In this document: positions 61,093 to 64,000 of the stretch, piece after piece
How the letters are laid out: each line of letters opens with the position of its first letter
Numbering within the stretch: the first letter of the stretch is position 1
Source: Obrimoposthia wandeli
Taxonomy: Eukaryota
Direction: 5' to 3'
Length of the DNA: 64,000 nt
Assembly: GCA_977020255.1 (NCBI GenBank)
Contig: CDROCS010000253.1
Location: 1,550,001 to 1,614,000 of the forward strand
Notes under the pieces: model-generated
What the model was told of the DNA's origin: nothing
What the model saw: only the letters and a program-made list of their open reading frames with translations
Databases searched by the model: none
Position numbers and translations under genes: made by a program

Positions 61093-61316
61093 AGTGAAAT
61101 CCTCACCAAACTCGGCGAGTATCCTCTTAAGAAAACTATTCAGCCCACCTCAAAGGTTAGATATAAACTGTTATTAAGCTTATTGATTTAGAACATCAAT
61201 AGATCCTCTAGAGATAATATTTCTTATTTGCTTGATATTTTATTAATGTAGGTCAAAACATAGCACTAGTTCCTGCTTTACCATGCCTCTATTGATAATA
61301 GAGAGTAGGAAGTTTT

Positions 61317-61757
61317 ATGAGTTCAATTCCAGAGTACATGACAGCAAAGCATAGAGAGTGTGATGAGTTTTTTTCTGAAGCAGAATCTGCTGTTGCCGAT
61401 AAAAAGTGGTCGTTGGCCTTAGCTAAATGGCAGCTTTTTACCAGTGAATTAACTGAGCATTTTTCCCAAGAAGAAGATACTTTATTTCCACAGTTTGAAC
61501 AAGCTACTGGTATGACGGCAGGACCGACACAAGTCATGCGTATGGAACATCAACAAATGCGTGCTTTAGTGAAATCACTTGATAATGCTCTTGCTGCCAA
61601 GGATAAAGATGAATATTTAGGCTTATCTGAAACGTTGATGGTAATGATGCAGCAGCATAATATGAAAGAAGAAATGATGCTTTACCCTATGATGGCGCAA
61701 CATTTAAGCGATGGCGATCAGCTTATTGAGGGCTTCAAAGCCAACGCAGAAGTTTAA
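61317..61757 (+). CDS. hemerythrin-like (HHE) domain protein
   Basis: H-RECD, HFSQEE, MEHQQM and HNMKEE di-metal ligand pattern. Confidence 0.88.
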   Translation: MSSIPEYMTAKHRECDEFFSEAESAVADKKWSLALAKWQLFTSELTEHFSQEEDTLFPQFEQATGMTAGPTQVMRMEHQQMRALVKSLDNALAAKDKDEYLGLSETLMVMMQQHNMKEEMMLYPMMAQHLSDGDQLIEGFKANAEV

Positions 61758-61763
61758 GTTATC

Positions 61764-62045
61764 ATGCAACTTGTGTCCGTTGATGTAAGTGAGCTTGCCT
61801 CACCTGAGCCAATGACAGTGATTTTAACTGCGTTGGCTAGTTTGGCACTAGGTCATTGTTTATTGGTTACCCATAGACGGCAGCCCTTTCCTTTGTATGA
61901 CAAACTGATTCAAGCAGGTTGGGCGTACCACTGCCAAGTACATGATGATGATCATATTTCATTGTTCATCTATCGTCACATCGAACAACAATTATTTGAG
62001 CAGCACTTTGACGGTCAAACCTTTCAAACAAGTACACCAAAGTAA
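61764..62045 (+). CDS. DUF2249 / SirA-TusA-like small protein
   Basis: VDVSELASPEPM...HRRQPFPLY..L...GW pattern. Confidence 0.75.
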   Translation: MQLVSVDVSELASPEPMTVILTALASLALGHCLLVTHRRQPFPLYDKLIQAGWAYHCQVHDDDHISLFIYRHIEQQLFEQHFDGQTFQTSTPK

Positions 62046-62054
62046 GGGCTCGCT

Positions 62055-63365
62055 ATGAAGATGTCAGGCTTGTCATTTAACGCATTACCTCCTATTGATT
62101 TACCTTTTCGTTTTTTCTTAAGTGCGCCTATCTTTATCATCGCTTGTGCGCTGTTAGTTTTATTCTCAGGGGAAACACTATGGTTAAGTCGCTGGCAACC
62201 GAATATGTTGGCGCTAACACACGGTTTTACCTTAGGCTTTTTAACCATGGTGATGATGGGCGCATTATTGCAACTATTACCGGTAATTGGTGGCATTGGC
62301 ATTGCCAAACCGAGACTCATTGCGAGCACTAGCCACGCTTTATATTGTGTTGGTGTCATTGCTTTAATGTTAAGTTTTGTTCTTACGACTAACTGGTTGA
62401 CTCTAGTTGCGTTAGCGCTACTTAGTTTGGGGTTGGGGCTTTATATCGCTGCTATTATTTGGGTGTTAATAAAAAAAATAAGCCAAGGTGATTCCATTAA
62501 TTGTTTTCGTTTAGCTATAACATCTTTGGTTATATTGTTATTACTAGGTATATTGCTGTTAGTGAATCGCTTGGGTATCACAGTGCCATTCATTACGCTT
62601 GATAAGCATATTACCAATATTCACGCCCTTATGGGACTGGTTGGCTGGGCAGGCATATTAATTATTGCCGTGAGTTTTCAAGTATTACCCATGTTTCATG
62701 TAGCGCCTAATATGCCAAAATACATAAGGCAGTATCTTGGCGTCAGTATTTTTATCTTACTGATAGTTTATATTTTTTATGCCGAGTTTGCCTTAGGGGT
62801 AATTGTCATTAGTCACGGTGTGTTTGCCCTTACTTTGTTTTATGTAATCAATCGGCGAAAACGTAAAGTGCCTGACACAAGTATTAAGTACTGGCAATTG
62901 GCCGCAGGAACATTACTGTTACTGAACATACTATACTTTTTACCCGATCGTTTTTATGGCTCCGCACAGACGCCTTTATTCATGTCATTACCTAATAAAG
63001 GAATGTTGCTAACGGCAATTTTCATCTATTTTTATTTGCTGTCCGTAGTCCAAGCTATGTTGCTCAAAATATTGCCGTTTTTGAGTTATACACACCTGCA
63101 ACAACACTGTTTGGTCGATTTCTCCGCAATGCAATATATTCCTCATATGCATGAGTTTTTAAATAAAAAACAAGGATTAGCACTTTACTACTTACATATT
63201 ATCAGTGGTCTATCACTGCTGGCGGTAATATTTGAATCCAGTTTATATATTGTTTTTGCTACTTTTTTGCTGATTGAATTTGTATGGCTATTCGCCTTGA
63301 TGCTCAAGTGCATGCGTTTATATTTTACCGTCAACAAGAAAATCAACTTGTCCAATACTCTGTAA
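62055..63365 (+). CDS. polytopic membrane protein with conserved His residues (heme-copper oxidase/NnrS-like fold suspected)
   Basis: About 12 hydrophobic segments; THGFTLGF, GALLQLLPV, HALMGLVGW, QVLPMFH and KILPFL motifs. Confidence 0.65.
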   Translation: MKMSGLSFNALPPIDLPFRFFLSAPIFIIACALLVLFSGETLWLSRWQPNMLALTHGFTLGFLTMVMMGALLQLLPVIGGIGIAKPRLIASTSHALYCVGVIALMLSFVLTTNWLTLVALALLSLGLGLYIAAIIWVLIKKISQGDSINCFRLAITSLVILLLLGILLLVNRLGITVPFITLDKHITNIHALMGLVGWAGILIIAVSFQVLPMFHVAPNMPKYIRQYLGVSIFILLIVYIFYAEFALGVIVISHGVFALTLFYVINRRKRKVPDTSIKYWQLAAGTLLLLNILYFLPDRFYGSAQTPLFMSLPNKGMLLTAIFIYFYLLSVVQAMLLKILPFLSYTHLQQHCLVDFSAMQYIPHMHEFLNKKQGLALYYLHIISGLSLLAVIFESSLYIVFATFLLIEFVWLFALMLKCMRLYFTVNKKINLSNTL

Positions 63366-63415
63366 CTGATTAGTATGCTCGCTAATAAACCCTTACAGGC
63401 TAAATTGGTCCTTTT

Positions 63416-64000
63416 ATGAATACAGTCACCTTAGTTTCAGCTGAAAAATCAGCACAACAAATAACCCCATCAAAAGTTATTTGTATAGGTCGTAATTATG
63501 TCGACCATATCAAAGAGCTTGCCAATGAAATTCCTGATGAAATGGTGGTGTTTTTAAAGCCGAACTCAGCAATTAGTTCAACATTATTAGCAATACATAA
63601 TGATGATGCTTTACATTATGAAGCAGAGCTAAGTTTTCTTTATCAAGGTGGAAAATTCACCGCAGTGGCCCTCGGTCTAGATTTAACTAAACGCGAAGTA
63701 CAAGGAAAATTAAAAGCTAAAGGATTGCCTTGGGAGCGTGCTAAGGCATTTGATAACTCCGCTGTTTTTAGTGATTTTATCACTATTGAACAAGAGGAAG
63801 TTAAGCAGTTAAATTTATCACTTATCATTAATGATGTTCTTAAACAGCAGGGCGGCGTTAATTTAATGATGGCAAAACCGGATGATATATTAAAAGAATT
63901 ACAAACTTTTATTAGCCTTGAAGATGGCGATATTGTTATGACAGGTACACCTAAAGGAGTAGGTATTATTGGTAAAAATGAACACTTTATTGGTCAAATA
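63416..64000 (+). CDS. fumarylacetoacetate hydrolase family protein (YcgM-like), truncated by window edge
   Basis: Not in ORF track. From ATG 63416: CIGRNYVDHIKEL, FLKP, HYEAEL, GLDLTKR and GDIVMTGTPKGV. Confidence 0.9.
   Translation, partial: MNTVTLVSAEKSAQQITPSKVICIGRNYVDHIKELANEIPDEMVVFLKPNSAISSTLLAIHNDDALHYEAELSFLYQGGKFTAVALGLDLTKREVQGKLKAKGLPWERAKAFDNSAVFSDFITIEQEEVKQLNLSLIINDVLKQQGGVNLMMAKPDDILKELQTFISLEDGDIVMTGTPKGVGIIGKNEHFIGQI

Noticed and set aside
61183-61199. TTGAT-N7-ATCAA as an FNR site
   Set aside because: The spacer is 7 bp rather than the required 4; it could belong to another regulator but cannot be assigned.

Overview
AT-rich marine gammaproteobacterial chromosome segment. 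Gene order, proteins and intergenic repeats point to Alteromonadales, most likely Colwellia (inference). Core content: arginine succinyltransferase genes astC-A-D-E without astB, pabA, glnK-amtB with NtrC/sigma54 signals, feoAB, pfkA, an acyl-CoA catabolic trio with an AraC regulator, an S46 dipeptidyl peptidase and argR. Accessory content: three two-component systems, each tied to a poorly characterised envelope module (MoxY/MoxX-like pair plus a TonB receptor with acidic Cys loops; two Spondin_N proteins; TonB receptor-MipA-DUF3019). There are also two partner-coupled diguanylate cyclases (RsbQ/KAI2-like hydrolase plus PAS-GGDEF; NMT1-type binding protein plus membrane GGDEF), a Fur-boxed porin-imelysin-di-heme cluster and a hemerythrin-DUF2249-membrane protein operon. 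Gene scars absent from, or only partly covered by, the ORF track: an integron-integrase fragment, a RAYT-like transposase fragment, a cold-shock-domain stub, a rimK stub with a probable internal deletion and a probable proB PUA fragment. A modular family of ERIC-like miniature inverted repeats carries a 47-bp cassette that occurs nested, once inside itself. No rRNA, tRNA or CRISPR array was seen. All product calls come from motif recognition by eye; no database searches were run.
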